From Candidatus Methylomirabilota bacterium (GTDB lineage: Bacteria; Methylomirabilota; Methylomirabilia; Rokubacteriales; CSP1-6): a stretch of DNA of 64,000 bases. Of the stretch, positions 28,345-38,652 are shown one piece after another. The stretch's first letter is position 1. Each line of letters opens with the position of its first letter. The stretch lies in contig DASYTI010000108.1 of the NCBI GenBank assembly GCA_036002485.1, positions 2,053-66,052 on the forward strand. Direction: 5' to 3'. The notes beneath the pieces are model-generated. The model had not been told where the DNA came from. It ran no database searches and saw only the letters and a list, made by a program, of their open reading frames with translations. The translations under genes were made by a program, and so were the position numbers.

Positions 28345-29082
28345 ATGGAGAGCCGCCGGCCCGCCCCTCTCGTGGTCGCCCGCGGTGGCGCCGCGGATGC
28401 AGCCCCCGCCCATACCATCGCGGCCCTGGAGGCGGCGCTCGACGTCGGGGCCGACGCGCTCTGGCTGGGGATCCAGCTCTCGAAGGACGGCCACCCCGTG
28501 GTGTTCGGCCACCCCCTGCTCGACCGGGTCACCGACGGCCGCGGTCGAGTCAGCACGCTGACCGTCCGCGAGCTCAAGCGTCTGGACGCCGGGGGCTGGA
28601 AGGCTCCACGCTTCCGCGGCCAGCGGATCCAGACGCTCCCGGAGGTGCTCGAGCGCTTCCGAGACCGGACGCGCTTCTGGCTCGAGCTCACGAACATCGC
28701 GGAGGCTTCCCCGACCATCGAGGAGAAGGTGATCTCGACGCTCGAGATCTACGACGCCGTCGCCGCGTCGGTGGTGGCCGCCGCGGGGCGCGCGAGCCTC
28801 ACCCGCATCCGGGCATGGAGCGCCGAGGCCAGGCTGGCCGCCGTGTGGACGAGAGGCACCCTCGAAGAGACCATCCGCGAGGCGGGCGTGGCCCAGGCGC
28901 TGTGCGCGGAGGGTCGGCTGATCACGGAGGACGCGTTCGCCCGCATCCGCGCGGCGGGCCTCGAATGTCATGTGCAGATAGACGATGAGCCGGCCCTCGC
29001 GGACCGGCTCATCGTCTATGGCGTCGACGGAATCATCACCAGCCGGCCCCAGCCGTTACTGGCGCGGCTGGGCCGGCGGTAA
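28345..29082 (+). CDS. Glycerophosphodiester phosphodiesterase family protein
   Basis: GDPD-like N-terminus (PLVVARGGAA...HTIAALEAAL). Start taken at the ATG at 28345 with a GAGGGA RBS. Confidence 0.7.
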   Translation: MESRRPAPLVVARGGAADAAPAHTIAALEAALDVGADALWLGIQLSKDGHPVVFGHPLLDRVTDGRGRVSTLTVRELKRLDAGGWKAPRFRGQRIQTLPEVLERFRDRTRFWLELTNIAEASPTIEEKVISTLEIYDAVAASVVAAAGRASLTRIRAWSAEARLAAVWTRGTLEETIREAGVAQALCAEGRLITEDAFARIRAAGLECHVQIDDEPALADRLIVYGVDGIITSRPQPLLARLGRR

Positions 29083-29086
29083 GCGG

Positions 29087-29494
29087 TTACTCTTCCTCGG
29101 GCTCCTCGCCGTCCAGTCCAGCGCCCACCGCCTGGAGATGCCGGGACATGCGCTCGATGCGGTCCTGGCAGCGCACACAGGTACGAACCTCGGGCATGGC
29201 CCGAAGCCGTGCCGGCGCGATGGGCTCGTCGCACTCTTCACACGTGCCGTAGTCGCCGCCACGAAGGCGCTCGAGAGCCTCGGCGAGGCGGTTGGCACGC
29301 GCGACCAGGAGACTGCGGGTGGCGAAGTTCATCTCGCGGTCTTCATTGACCTGGATGACGTCGACTTCATCGGCCAGCTGCGTGTCACCCACCCGGCTCA
29401 TCACGTCCACGGACAGGACCGGGCCGCCCATGTGGCGGAGCCGCTCCACCGTCCGGCTCAGTTCCGACTCCAGCCTCTTCTTGACCTCGTTCAT
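29087..29494 (-). CDS. DksA/TraR-family C4 zinc-finger transcription factor
   Basis: CEECDEPI...CVRCQ four-Cys zinc finger with an N-terminal coiled coil. Start taken at MNEVKKRLESEL. Confidence 0.7.
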   Translation of the reverse strand: MNEVKKRLESELSRTVERLRHMGGPVLSVDVMSRVGDTQLADEVDVIQVNEDREMNFATRSLLVARANRLAEALERLRGGDYGTCEECDEPIAPARLRAMPEVRTCVRCQDRIERMSRHLQAVGAGLDGEEPEEE

Positions 29495-29757
29495 GTCGGT
29501 TCTCCCTCCTGAGCGGTGACCGTATAGCCTTCCCCGCTCGGCTTGCCGAGGCATTGCTGCAAGCCGCATGCCTTGCCTGGCATCGAGAGAGACGCGCGAA
29601 AAGGCCAAATATTCGGGTACAGAGGGGCCGATGAAGCTTGCTTTCGGGCAAAGTGCCAGGATTCGATGGGAAAAAGGGTCACCTCGACCGCCAAAATTTG
29701 GAGCGTGACTCAGGATGAGGCATCCAAGATGGGAAAAGGTGGGGCCCGGACAGACTG

Positions 29758-29800
29758 AGCCCCGGGAGCCAATGGGTCGGGCTCCCGGGGCTCGGTGCGG
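29758..29800 (-). terminator. Candidate intrinsic terminator of the MFS transporter gene
   Basis: Perfect 12-bp stem GCCCCGGGAGCC/GGCTCCCGGGGC with a 9-nt loop. On the minus strand it is followed by ACCUUUUCCCAUCUU. Confidence 0.5.
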
Positions 29801-29814
29801 CTACGTGGATCGGA

Positions 29815-31200
29815 TCAGGAAGCCGCCCGCCCAGCCCTATGCGATGACTGGTGCAGGGTCGCAGACCCCTCCGCCCAGATGCTGTTCTTCCGCGTCTCGG
29901 GCATCAGGAACAGGGCGAGCAGGAACATGACGGCGGGAAGCGCGATGGGATAGACCAGGGCCCAGAGCAGCGGGTTGCTGGAGCCCGATTGCACCGCGCC
30001 CGCGTACGCCGCGGTCGTGATGATGGGCACGAGACCGCCGCCCCAGCCGTTGCCGATGTGATAGGGCACCGACACCGAGGTGTAGCGGATGCGCCCGGGG
30101 AAGAACTCGGCCAGGAACGCCCCGATCGGGCCGTAGGTCATGCCGACGTAGTTGACCAGGATCACCACGATGAGGATGGACATCGGGTAGTTGATGCCTG
30201 TCTTGGGATCGGCGTAAGTGCCGAGGGCGGTGTAGAGCGGGTAGTACGTGATGGAGGCCAGAGCCATACCGCCGAGGATGATCGGCTTCCGCCCGACCTT
30301 GTCGGAGAGCCAGCCCCAGAAGATGAGGGTCGGGGTGGCGATCAGCAGCGCGATGGCGATGATGTAGCTCGATGACAGCACGTCGACGTTCTTGACCTTC
30401 TGGAGGAAGAAGAGCGCCCAGAACTGGCCGCTGTACCACACGCACCCCTGCCCCAGCACGACGATGCTGGCGACGATGATGTACTTGATGTTCCTGCTCA
30501 TGAAGGCCTCGCGCCAGGGATTCGTCGTGGTCTGTCCCTTCGCCTTGATGTCCTGGAAGACCGGAGTCTCGGCGAGCGTGAGCCGGATATAGATCGCGAT
30601 CGCGACGAGGAGGAGGGAGATGAGGAACGGTACCCGCCACCCCCACTCGGCGAAGGCCTCGGCACCCACGTAGCGCTGGGTGCCGAGGATCACGGCCAGC
30701 GATAGGACGATGCCGAGGGTGGGTGAAGTCTGGAGCCAGCCCGTGTAGTACCCGCGATGCTTGTCCTCGATGTGCTCGGCCACGTAGGTGATGGCGCCGC
30801 CGTACTCGCCACCGAGGCAGAGACCCTGGATCAGCCGGAGGGCGAAGAGGATGAAGGCCGCCGCGAGGCCGATCTGGGCATAGGTGGGGACCATGCCGAT
30901 GACCGCGGTCGAAACTCCCATGCCCGTCAGCGTGACGATGAACGTGTACTTGCGGCCCACCTTGTCGCCGAGCCAGCCGAACACGAAGGCGCCCAGCGGC
31001 CGGATCAGGAAGCCGACCGAGAAGATGGCCACCGTGCTGAGGAAGGCCGCCACCGGGTGGCTCTTGTCGAAGAACTTGACCGCGAGGATCGAGGCCAAGC
31101 TTCCGAAGATATAGAAGTCGTACCACTCGATGATGTTCCCCACTGATGCGGCGACCACGACACGACGCAGCTCTTTGCCCGTAATGTTAAGTACCGCCAT
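29815..31200 (-). CDS. MFS transporter, metabolite:H+ symporter (MHS) family
   Basis: 12 TM helices with MHS signatures (GWLGDKVGRK, LSDKVGRKP). Confidence 0.8.
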   Translation of the reverse strand: MAVLNITGKELRRVVVAASVGNIIEWYDFYIFGSLASILAVKFFDKSHPVAAFLSTVAIFSVGFLIRPLGAFVFGWLGDKVGRKYTFIVTLTGMGVSTAVIGMVPTYAQIGLAAAFILFALRLIQGLCLGGEYGGAITYVAEHIEDKHRGYYTGWLQTSPTLGIVLSLAVILGTQRYVGAEAFAEWGWRVPFLISLLLVAIAIYIRLTLAETPVFQDIKAKGQTTTNPWREAFMSRNIKYIIVASIVVLGQGCVWYSGQFWALFFLQKVKNVDVLSSSYIIAIALLIATPTLIFWGWLSDKVGRKPIILGGMALASITYYPLYTALGTYADPKTGINYPMSILIVVILVNYVGMTYGPIGAFLAEFFPGRIRYTSVSVPYHIGNGWGGGLVPIITTAAYAGAVQSGSSNPLLWALVYPIALPAVMFLLALFLMPETRKNSIWAEGSATLHQSSHRAGRAAS

Positions 31201-31432
31201 TGGCCTCCCCTATCTTCAGTGCTCTCTCCTTGGCTTCAATAGAACCCTCGGGGCCCCGCTAGCCGAGAGGACTCTCCCTTCAAATCGAAGTCACGGGACC
31301 GACGGAACGATCTAAGCATCCTCGGTGCCAGGAGGGCATGCGGGCTAACTGCCGGAAAAAAAAGAACCAGCATCGCTCATCGCGGCGCCGGGTTTGGCAA
31401 ACTTGCCGCGCGATCTTGGTACGGAAACCCCG

Positions 31433-33385
31433 CTACTCCTCCTCCCCGTATTGATCCTTGAGGCGCGCGACCACCGCCGGATCGGCGAGGGTGGTCGTGT
31501 CGCCCAGCGCCTTGCCCTCCGCGATGTCCCTCAAGAGCCGCCGCATGATCTTGCCGCTGCGGGTCTTGGGCAGGTCGGCGGCGAAGATGAGATCGTCGGG
31601 GCGCGCGAGGGCGCCGATTTTCTTGGTCACGTGCCCCTTGAGCTCCTCCATGAGCTCCTTCGAGCCCGTGGTGCCGTCCTTGATGGTGACGAAGGCGGCG
31701 ATGGCCTGGCCCTTGATCTCATGCGGCCGGCCGATGACGGCGGCCTCGGCAACCAGCGGGTGGTCCACCAGCGCGGACTCGACCTCCATCGTGGAGACTC
31801 GGTGACCGGAAATGTTCATGACGTCGTCCACTCGGCCGAGCAGCCAGAAGTAGCCGTCCTCGTCGAGCTTCGCACCATCGCCCGTGAAGTAGATACCGGG
31901 GTAACGGCTCCAGTATTGCGCCTGGTAGCGCTGCGGGTCGCGGTATATGCCGCGGAGCATGCCGGGCCATGGCTTTTTCAGCACGAGATAGCCGGCCTTG
32001 GCGGGGTCGCCCTTGTCGTTGAGCACCTCCGCGAAGATGCCGGGAAAGGGCTTGGTGGCCGAGCCGGGCTTGAGGGTCGTCACCCCGGGCAGCGGGGTGA
32101 TCAGGATGTGACCAGTTTCCGTCTGCCACCACGTGTCCACGACCGGACAACGGCCGCCGCCGATCACCTTCCAGTACCACACCCAGGCCTCGGGATTGAT
32201 GGGCTCCCCCACGCTGCCGAGCAGCCGGAGGCTCGAGAGGTCGCAACGATTCGGGTACTCGTCGCCCCACCGCATGAAGGTACGGATCGCCGTGGGGGCG
32301 GTGTAGCAGATGGTGATGCCGTGCTTCTCGATGATCCGCCAGAAGCGGTCCTTGTCCGGGGTATCCGGCGTTCCCTCGTACATGACGGTGGTGGTGCCGT
32401 TGGCGAGCGGCCCGTACACCACGTAGGAATGGCCGGTCACCCAGCCGATGTCGGCGGTGCACCAGAAGACGTCGGTGTCATGCAGGTCGAAGACCCACTT
32501 GGTCGTGGCATAGACGCCGGTCAGGTAGCCGCCCGTGGTGTGCTGGATGCCCTTGGGCTTGCCCGTGGAGCCCGATGTGTAGAGCAGATACAGCATGTCC
32601 TCGGCGTCCATCTTCTCGGGAGGGCAGTACGCGTCGGCTCCCTTGACGAAGTCCTCCCACCAGATGTCGCGGCCGGCCTGTATGTTGATGGCCTGGCCGG
32701 TGCGCTTGAGGACCACCACGGTCCTGACGTCGGGGCACTCCTTGAGCGCCTCGTCCACGTTCTTCTTGAGGGGGACATGGCCCCCGCGGCGCCAGCCTCC
32801 GTCCGCCGTGAGCAGCACCGTCGACTGCGCATCGTGGATCCGCTCGCGAATGGCGTCCGGCGCGAAGCCTCCGAAGATGACGCTGTGGGGCGCGCCGATG
32901 CGCGTGCAGGCCAGCATGGCGATGGCGGTCTCGGGCACCATGGGCATGTAGATCGTCACCCGGTCGCCTCGCTTGACCCCCGAGCGCTTCAACGCGGAGG
33001 CGAAGCGATTGACCTCCCGGTAGAGGTCCCAATAGGTCAGCGTTCGCGTATCACCCGGCTCCCCTTCCCAGATCAGGGCCGCCTTGCTGCGACGGGCCGT
33101 ATGGATATGGCGGTCCAGGCAGTTGTAGGAGACGTTGAGCTTGCCGCCCACGAACCACCTGGCGTAGGGGGCCTTCCATTCGAGCACCTTTCGCCACGGC
33201 TTGAACCAGTCGAGCTCGCGGGCAAAGCGCTCCCAGAACTTCGTGGGGTTCTTCGCCGCCTCGGCATAGACGGCGGCGCGATTGACGTTGGCGCGCTTGG
33301 CGAACTCCCTGGGCGGAGGGAACTTGCGCTTCTCCTTGAGGAGAGCCTCGATGGGCGCACTGCCGGTCACGCTCTTCGTCGCCAT
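31433..33385 (-). CDS. acs: Acetyl-CoA synthetase (AMP-forming)
   Basis: 650 aa with an Acs-specific N-terminus and AMP-binding motif [11 protein letters not shown]. Confidence 0.9.
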   Translation of the reverse strand: MATKSVTGSAPIEALLKEKRKFPPPREFAKRANVNRAAVYAEAAKNPTKFWERFARELDWFKPWRKVLEWKAPYARWFVGGKLNVSYNCLDRHIHTARRSKAALIWEGEPGDTRTLTYWDLYREVNRFASALKRSGVKRGDRVTIYMPMVPETAIAMLACTRIGAPHSVIFGGFAPDAIRERIHDAQSTVLLTADGGWRRGGHVPLKKNVDEALKECPDVRTVVVLKRTGQAINIQAGRDIWWEDFVKGADAYCPPEKMDAEDMLYLLYTSGSTGKPKGIQHTTGGYLTGVYATTKWVFDLHDTDVFWCTADIGWVTGHSYVVYGPLANGTTTVMYEGTPDTPDKDRFWRIIEKHGITICYTAPTAIRTFMRWGDEYPNRCDLSSLRLLGSVGEPINPEAWVWYWKVIGGGRCPVVDTWWQTETGHILITPLPGVTTLKPGSATKPFPGIFAEVLNDKGDPAKAGYLVLKKPWPGMLRGIYRDPQRYQAQYWSRYPGIYFTGDGAKLDEDGYFWLLGRVDDVMNISGHRVSTMEVESALVDHPLVAEAAVIGRPHEIKGQAIAAFVTIKDGTTGSKELMEELKGHVTKKIGALARPDDLIFAADLPKTRSGKIMRRLLRDIAEGKALGDTTTLADPAVVARLKDQYGEEE

Positions 33386-33468
33386 AGACGTGCCTCGCGT
33401 GGGTGATGATGTCGAGCGGTCGGCGCGGCGTCGCGCCCGCTATCTTCTAAACCAAGTCCCCGCGGACT

Positions 33469-34872
33469 TCAAGTGGCGTGCGGGCCGCCCTCGGCGGGCT
33501 CGGCCGCTTGGCGCCGCAGCCCGTACCGCGTCATCTTGTCCGAAAAATTCTTCGGGTCCATGTCCGCGTGCTTGGCGGCGGCCGTGAGCTTGCCGCCATG
33601 GCTCTCGAGGAGACCCCGCACATAGGCCCGTTCGAATTCCTCCACCACCCGAGCCTTCGCGTCACGGAAGGGCAGCGAGAGATCGACGGGCGCATGCGCA
33701 CCGCTCGAGGCGGCGAGAAAGCCGTCAAGCCCCGTCAGCACTTCGCTCCGCGACACGATGACCGCCCGCTCGATCACGTTCTCGAGCTCCCGCACATTGC
33801 CCGGCCAGGGATACCGGATGAGGGCGTCCAGGCTCTCCGGGGCGACGCCCTTGAGGCTCTTCTTGAGCCGACGGCCGGCCTCGGCGAGGAAGTGCTGGGT
33901 CAGGAAGGGAATGTCCTCGGGTCGCTCGCGGAGGGCCGGCACGCGCACGGGGAGGACGGACAGCCGGTAGAAGAGATCGCGCCGGAAGGCGCCCCGCTCG
34001 ACTTCGGCCTGGAGGTCCTTGTTGGTGGTGGCGATGAAGCGGACGTCGATGTCGACCGGCCGGTCGGCACCGACCGAAGTGACCTTCTTCTCCTCGATGG
34101 CGCGCAGGAGCTTGCTCTGGAGATGCAAGGGCATCTCGCCGATCTCATCGAGCAGGAGGGTGCCGCCGTGGGCCATTTGGAAGTGGCCGCGCCGGTGCTC
34201 GCTGGCCCCCGTGAAGGCTCCCTTGCGCGAGCCGAAGAGCTCCGACTCGAAGAGCTCGGCGGGGATGGCCGCGCAGTTGACGGCCACGAAGGGGCGATCG
34301 CGGCGCGCCCCCGAGAAGTGGACCGAGCGCGCGAGCAGCTCCTTGCCCACTCCCGTCTCGCCGTGGATCAAGACGGTCGTGTCGAGGTCGACCACGGAGC
34401 GGAGCACCTCGAACACCGCATGCATGCCCGCGCTCCGGGCCACGATGTTCCGGAAGGTGAATCGCTCCTGGTTGCGCCTGATGGACCGGCGGTTGGCCGA
34501 CTTGAGCGCCTGGAACTCGATGGCGCGACGGATGACGAGCAGGAGCTCGGGCGCCTCGAATGGCTTGACGAGATAATCCTCGGCGCCGAGTCGCATGGCC
34601 TCCACGGCGGACTCGATCGATCCATACGCGGTCATCACGACCACGGCCAGGTCGGCATGCTCGGCCTTGACGTGTCGAACCAGTCCGACGCCGTCCAGGC
34701 CGGGCAGGCGCCGGTCCGTCAGCACGAGGTCCACGTCCTCGGCCTTGAGGGTGTCCAGAGCTTCCTCGGCGCTCTGCACGGGCAGGACCTCGTAGCCGGC
34801 GAGCTCGAGGGTGCGATGCAGCGGGCGCAGAAAGACTTCGTCGTCGTCGACGAGCAGTAAACGCTGCTTCAC
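33469..34872 (-). CDS. Sigma-54-dependent response regulator (NtrC/CbrB-like)
   Basis: REC domain, AAA+ sigma-54 interaction domain (GETGVGKE, GAFTGA loop) and a C-terminal HTH. Confidence 0.85.
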   Translation of the reverse strand: MKQRLLLVDDDEVFLRPLHRTLELAGYEVLPVQSAEEALDTLKAEDVDLVLTDRRLPGLDGVGLVRHVKAEHADLAVVVMTAYGSIESAVEAMRLGAEDYLVKPFEAPELLLVIRRAIEFQALKSANRRSIRRNQERFTFRNIVARSAGMHAVFEVLRSVVDLDTTVLIHGETGVGKELLARSVHFSGARRDRPFVAVNCAAIPAELFESELFGSRKGAFTGASEHRRGHFQMAHGGTLLLDEIGEMPLHLQSKLLRAIEEKKVTSVGADRPVDIDVRFIATTNKDLQAEVERGAFRRDLFYRLSVLPVRVPALRERPEDIPFLTQHFLAEAGRRLKKSLKGVAPESLDALIRYPWPGNVRELENVIERAVIVSRSEVLTGLDGFLAASSGAHAPVDLSLPFRDAKARVVEEFERAYVRGLLESHGGKLTAAAKHADMDPKNFSDKMTRYGLRRQAAEPAEGGPHAT

Positions 34873-37800
34873 AATGTGCCTCCGGCAAGGGGTTGAGCCA
34901 GCCCGACGGCCGGCAGGGAGATGCGGACGCGGGTGCCGCGTCCGGGAGCGCTGTCGATCACGATCTCGCCGCCGTGGAGATCCACGATCTTCTTCACGAT
35001 GGACATGCCGAGCCCGGTGCCGGAGGGCTTGGTCGTGAAGAAAGGCAGGAAGATCTTCTCGCGGTCCTCCGGCGCGATGCCCACGCCGTTGTCCGCCACC
35101 TCGACGGTGGCACGGTCGTCCTCCACGAAGAGATCGACGGTGACCTGACCGCCGGGCCGCTGAGGGTCGATGGACTCGAGGGCGTTCTTCATCACGTTGG
35201 TGAACACTTGCCGGAGCTTCTGGCCATCGGCGGCCGCGGCGGCCTCACGCTCCACGCGGCCGTAGGCGACCTCGATCCCGCGGGCCCGCCCCTCCGCCGC
35301 CATGGCTTCGACCACGGGGTCGAGGATACGGACGAGCTCGTACTCCCCACGCTCGAGCTGGGTATCCCGCGTGAAGTCGAGCAGGCTATTGATGATCCGC
35401 TCGATCTCGCCGATCCCGGACAGGATGGACCGGGCCATCTCCTGCGACAGCGTCCCCCCGCCCCAATCACCGGAGGACAGAAGATTGGTGGCCATCTTGA
35501 TCCCGCCGAGCGGATTCCGGATCTCGTGGGCCACCCCGGCCGCCATCTCGCCGAGAGAGGCGAGCTTCTCGCGCTGGATGAGCCGGCGCTGGGTCTCGGC
35601 CTGCTCCGTCAGGTCCCGCAGAACCCCCACCGTCCCGATGGTCTGCCCACCGGCGTCCACGATGCCGCGGACGGAGAGATAGGCGGGAAAGGTCTGCCCC
35701 TTGGCCGTCCGGCCCGTGACCTGTCCGCTCCACCCTTGCCCGGCTTCGACCGCGCGGGCAATGGCCTTGGCCGCACGCTCCCGATCCTCGGCGCCAAGGA
35801 GGTCTTGAAGCCCGAGGCGTCCCACTCGCCGCTGGGTATAGCCGAGGAGCCGATGGCCCGCCGGGTTCATCGTCATGAGCCGGCCATCCACGCCGGCCGT
35901 GACGATGCAGTCGTCGACGCTCTGGACCACGGAGGCCAGGAGCCGCTCGCCGCGGCGCACCTCCTCTTCGGTCAAGCGCAGGGACTGCTGCATCTGCTGG
36001 AAGGAGGTGACCAGCTCCTGCGCCTCGTCCTTGGAGATCGTGAAGTGATCCTCCACGATCATGCGGGCCGCCGCCGCGCCCAGGGAAGCGGCGAGCAGGC
36101 GCTCGAAGCGGATGCGGAGCTCGAGGAGCTCGGGCACCGTGAGCTCGGAGGGCGCCTTGCCGCGGAAGAGCTCGCGCACGAGGGGCTCAGCTTCCTCGGC
36201 GCCCACATATTGGTGCACGAGCCGTTCGATCTCCGTGGCGGACAGGATAGCCGGCGCGCCCGCCGGGTGCTTATCCTCGCCCGCCGTCCCCACGAAGGCA
36301 GCCGCCTGGGAGCGGTCGTCGGCGTCCTGCTCGGTCAGGAGCGACACGAGGACGAAGAGCCCGACATTGACGAAGAGCGACCAGAACACCCCATGCGTTG
36401 TCACGTCGAGACCGGAGAGGCCGAAAAGCGCGGTGGGGTTGAGCCACTGGAGTCCGAACGGCCCGTCGGCGAGGACGGAAGGAGGCACGAGCCCCTCCTT
36501 GACGAGGGCGGGGATGATCAAGGTGTAGAACCAGAGCGCGAAGCCCGCCGAGATCCCGGCCGCCGCGCCCTTTCGGTTGCCACGCCGCCAGTAGAGCCCC
36601 ATCAGGATGGCGGGGGCGCACTGGCTGACCGCGATGAAGGAGAGCAATCCCATCTCGACGAGCAGGAGCTGGCCCCGCTCCATGCGCGCCCACGCGAAGC
36701 CCAGGCCGACCACCGCGAGCATGGCCATGCGCGTGTAGAAGAGGGTGACCCCGTAGATGTCCTCCATGCGCCGGCGACGCAGCAGCATGGGCAGGATGAC
36801 GTCGTTGGTGATCATCTTGGACAGCGCGAGGGAGTCGACCACGATCATGGCGGTGGCGGCCGAGAACCCGCCGAGAAAGACGGCCACCGAGATCACGTGG
36901 CTGTCGAAGTGTAAGGGCAGACGGAGGATGAAGCTATCCGCCTGCGCTCTGGACTCGGGAAAGACGAGAAGCCCGGCGAACGCGATGGGAAGCACGAAGA
37001 GATTGATCAACAGCAGATAGAGCGGGAAGGACCAGGCCAGCGCGTTGACGTCCCGCTCACGAGGATTCTGCACGACGAGCACGTGAAACTGCCGGGGCAG
37101 GAACATGACCGCCATCATCGAGATCAGCAGCATGGCCGTCCAGCGCGCGTAGGAGGCGGTCTGCGGCTGGTCGAGGGTGAGCAGACTCGACCAGGAAGGG
37201 TCGCGGGCAATGCGCCCGAAGATGTCTCCGAGGCCTCCGAAGAGTCCCCAGGTGACCCAGATGCCGACGGTCAGGAAGGCGACGAGCTTGACCACCGACT
37301 CCACGGCCACCGCCGTCATGAGGCCCGTCTGCTGCTTGGTGAAGTCGAGGTTGCGCGCGCCGAAAAGGATGCCGAAGAAGGCCAGGGTGACCGCCACGAG
37401 CAGCGTCGGGTCGAACACGTCCAGCACCGAGCCCTCCTGCATGATCAGGCTGAACGTCACCGACACCGCGCGAAGCTGGAGGGCGATGTAGGGAATCATG
37501 CCCGCCACCACGAGGAGCGCCACCAGGGTGCCCAGGTTCGCCGACTTGCCGTAGCGGCTCGAGATGAAATCCGAGATGGAGGTGATGCGCTGCTCCTTGG
37601 AGATCCGCACCAGCTTGCGCAGGACAACGGGCCAGAGGAGGGCCACGAGGGCGGGACCGAGATAGATGGTCAGGAACTCGAGTCCCCGGTTGGCCGCGAG
37701 CCCCACGCTGCCGTAGAACGTCCACGCGGTGCAGTAGACGGAGGCCGCGAGGACATAGGTGATGGTGCGGATGCGGCCACGTCCGAGCCGGGAGGCGAAG

Positions 37801-37886
37801 GCCTCGCCGACGGAGGCGACGAGGAAGAGGAACAGCAAGTAGCCGAGGACGATCGCGAGCAGGGTGGGCTGGCTGAGCCAGCTCAC
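34869..37886 (-). CDS. Sensor histidine kinase with an N-terminal sodium:solute symporter (SSS) domain, PAS, HisKA and HATPase (CbrA-like)
   Basis: About 13 TM helices of SSS type, a PAS domain, an H-box VAHEIRNPLGGI and ATPase G-boxes. The GTG start at 37886 overlaps the TGA of the upstream small ORF (GTGA). Confidence 0.8.
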   Translation of the reverse strand: MSWLSQPTLLAIVLGYLLFLFLVASVGEAFASRLGRGRIRTITYVLAASVYCTAWTFYGSVGLAANRGLEFLTIYLGPALVALLWPVVLRKLVRISKEQRITSISDFISSRYGKSANLGTLVALLVVAGMIPYIALQLRAVSVTFSLIMQEGSVLDVFDPTLLVAVTLAFFGILFGARNLDFTKQQTGLMTAVAVESVVKLVAFLTVGIWVTWGLFGGLGDIFGRIARDPSWSSLLTLDQPQTASYARWTAMLLISMMAVMFLPRQFHVLVVQNPRERDVNALAWSFPLYLLLINLFVLPIAFAGLLVFPESRAQADSFILRLPLHFDSHVISVAVFLGGFSAATAMIVVDSLALSKMITNDVILPMLLRRRRMEDIYGVTLFYTRMAMLAVVGLGFAWARMERGQLLLVEMGLLSFIAVSQCAPAILMGLYWRRGNRKGAAAGISAGFALWFYTLIIPALVKEGLVPPSVLADGPFGLQWLNPTALFGLSGLDVTTHGVFWSLFVNVGLFVLVSLLTEQDADDRSQAAAFVGTAGEDKHPAGAPAILSATEIERLVHQYVGAEEAEPLVRELFRGKAPSELTVPELLELRIRFERLLAASLGAAAARMIVEDHFTISKDEAQELVTSFQQMQQSLRLTEEEVRRGERLLASVVQSVDDCIVTAGVDGRLMTMNPAGHRLLGYTQRRVGRLGLQDLLGAEDRERAAKAIARAVEAGQGWSGQVTGRTAKGQTFPAYLSVRGIVDAGGQTIGTVGVLRDLTEQAETQRRLIQREKLASLGEMAAGVAHEIRNPLGGIKMATNLLSSGDWGGGTLSQEMARSILSGIGEIERIINSLLDFTRDTQLERGEYELVRILDPVVEAMAAEGRARGIEVAYGRVEREAAAAADGQKLRQVFTNVMKNALESIDPQRPGGQVTVDLFVEDDRATVEVADNGVGIAPEDREKIFLPFFTTKPSGTGLGMSIVKKIVDLHGGEIVIDSAPGRGTRVRISLPAVGLAQPLAGGTL

Positions 37887-38086
37887 TCGTCGTCCTCCTG
37901 GGCCCGGCGGCGGATCGCGACGGCGACGAGCACGCCCACCATGATGCCCCAGACGGAGAAGAGGTAGACCACGAGGGCCGGGACTCCCCCGACGAGCACC
38001 GGACGATTGGCAATCGTGAGCAGAGGCCAGATCAGCAGGGCCCCGAAGAGGAGAAAGCACGCGGCGAGAAGTTCCTTGGCCTTCAT
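37883..38086 (-). CDS. Small two-TM membrane protein (67 aa), translationally coupled to the SSS-domain kinase
   Basis: MKAKELLAACFLLFGALLIW...: two hydrophobic helices. The raw ORF extension into the repeat element was discarded. Confidence 0.5.
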   Translation of the reverse strand: MKAKELLAACFLLFGALLIWPLLTIANRPVLVGGVPALVVYLFSVWGIMVGVLVAVAIRRRAQEDDE

Positions 38087-38146
38087 TGGCCCGCGGGGAT
38101 TATAGGCGGTCAGCGAGCCCGAGGCAATCCGCGGACAGACAGGCCC

Positions 38147-38277
38147 GTTAAATAACTCGGAGGGGGGCTCCGCCCCCCTTCCGAAACCTCCCCCCGAACA
38201 GATTGCGCCGGCCAAGCCGGCGCTCGAAGCGGAACATTCCTGCTCGCGAGGGTGAACTTACTTGGACAGACTCCTAG
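38147..38277 (-). repeat. Copy B of the ~131-bp CTAG-bounded GC-rich double-hairpin repeat element
   Basis: About 93% identical to copy C. CTAG at 38274-38277 contains the TAG stop of the 38274-38564 gene. The far end is GTTA rather than CTAG. Confidence 0.75.
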
Positions 38278-38564
38278 CTCGGTTTGGGCAGGAAGCGCTG
38301 CATCAGGAGGGTCTGGAAGCCGTCCTCGATGTCCGCCGCCACCGCCTGGGCGACCACCTCAGCCGGGCCGGGGCGCTCCTCCCACTCGCCCTGGCCCCAG
38401 CCTTCGAGGTAGGCCTCCTCCTCGGTCGCATTGTCTCTCATGGCGAGGGAGTCGATGAGGTCCTGGAACTTCTGAGACAGCTGGAGACGCACGGTTTGCT
38501 CGTCGTCGGCCGCTTCGACGACAGAAGGGATGTTCTTCCAGTGCACGATGCGGAAGCGGGCCAT
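38274..38564 (-). CDS. Hypothetical acidic protein (96 aa)
   Basis: Internal ATG at 38564. Divergent from the DUF169 fusion gene. Its stop codon lies inside repeat copy B. Confidence 0.45.
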   Translation of the reverse strand: MARFRIVHWKNIPSVVEAADDEQTVRLQLSQKFQDLIDSLAMRDNATEEEAYLEGWGQGEWEERPGPAEVVAQAVAADIEDGFQTLLMQRFLPKPS

Positions 38565-38652
38565 GGTCGGTGCGGCACATTCTATCGAAAAGACGCGCGA
38601 TTGCTTGACAAAGGTATACCCCACCCCTAGGCTTTGACCGGGAGGCCCACCA

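Noticed and set aside
31201-31432. TGGCAAACTTGC in the acs-MFS intergenic region as a sigma-54 promoter.
   Set aside because: The GG-to-GC spacing is 3 nt too short for a -24/-12 element, and it is on the plus strand, opposite the flanking genes.
38087-38215. N-terminal extension of the small membrane ORF reading through repeat copy B (…SGGGFGRGAEPPSELF…).
   Set aside because: The extension is a translation of the repeat's GC hairpins. The conserved hydrophobic peptide starts at the internal ATG at 38086.
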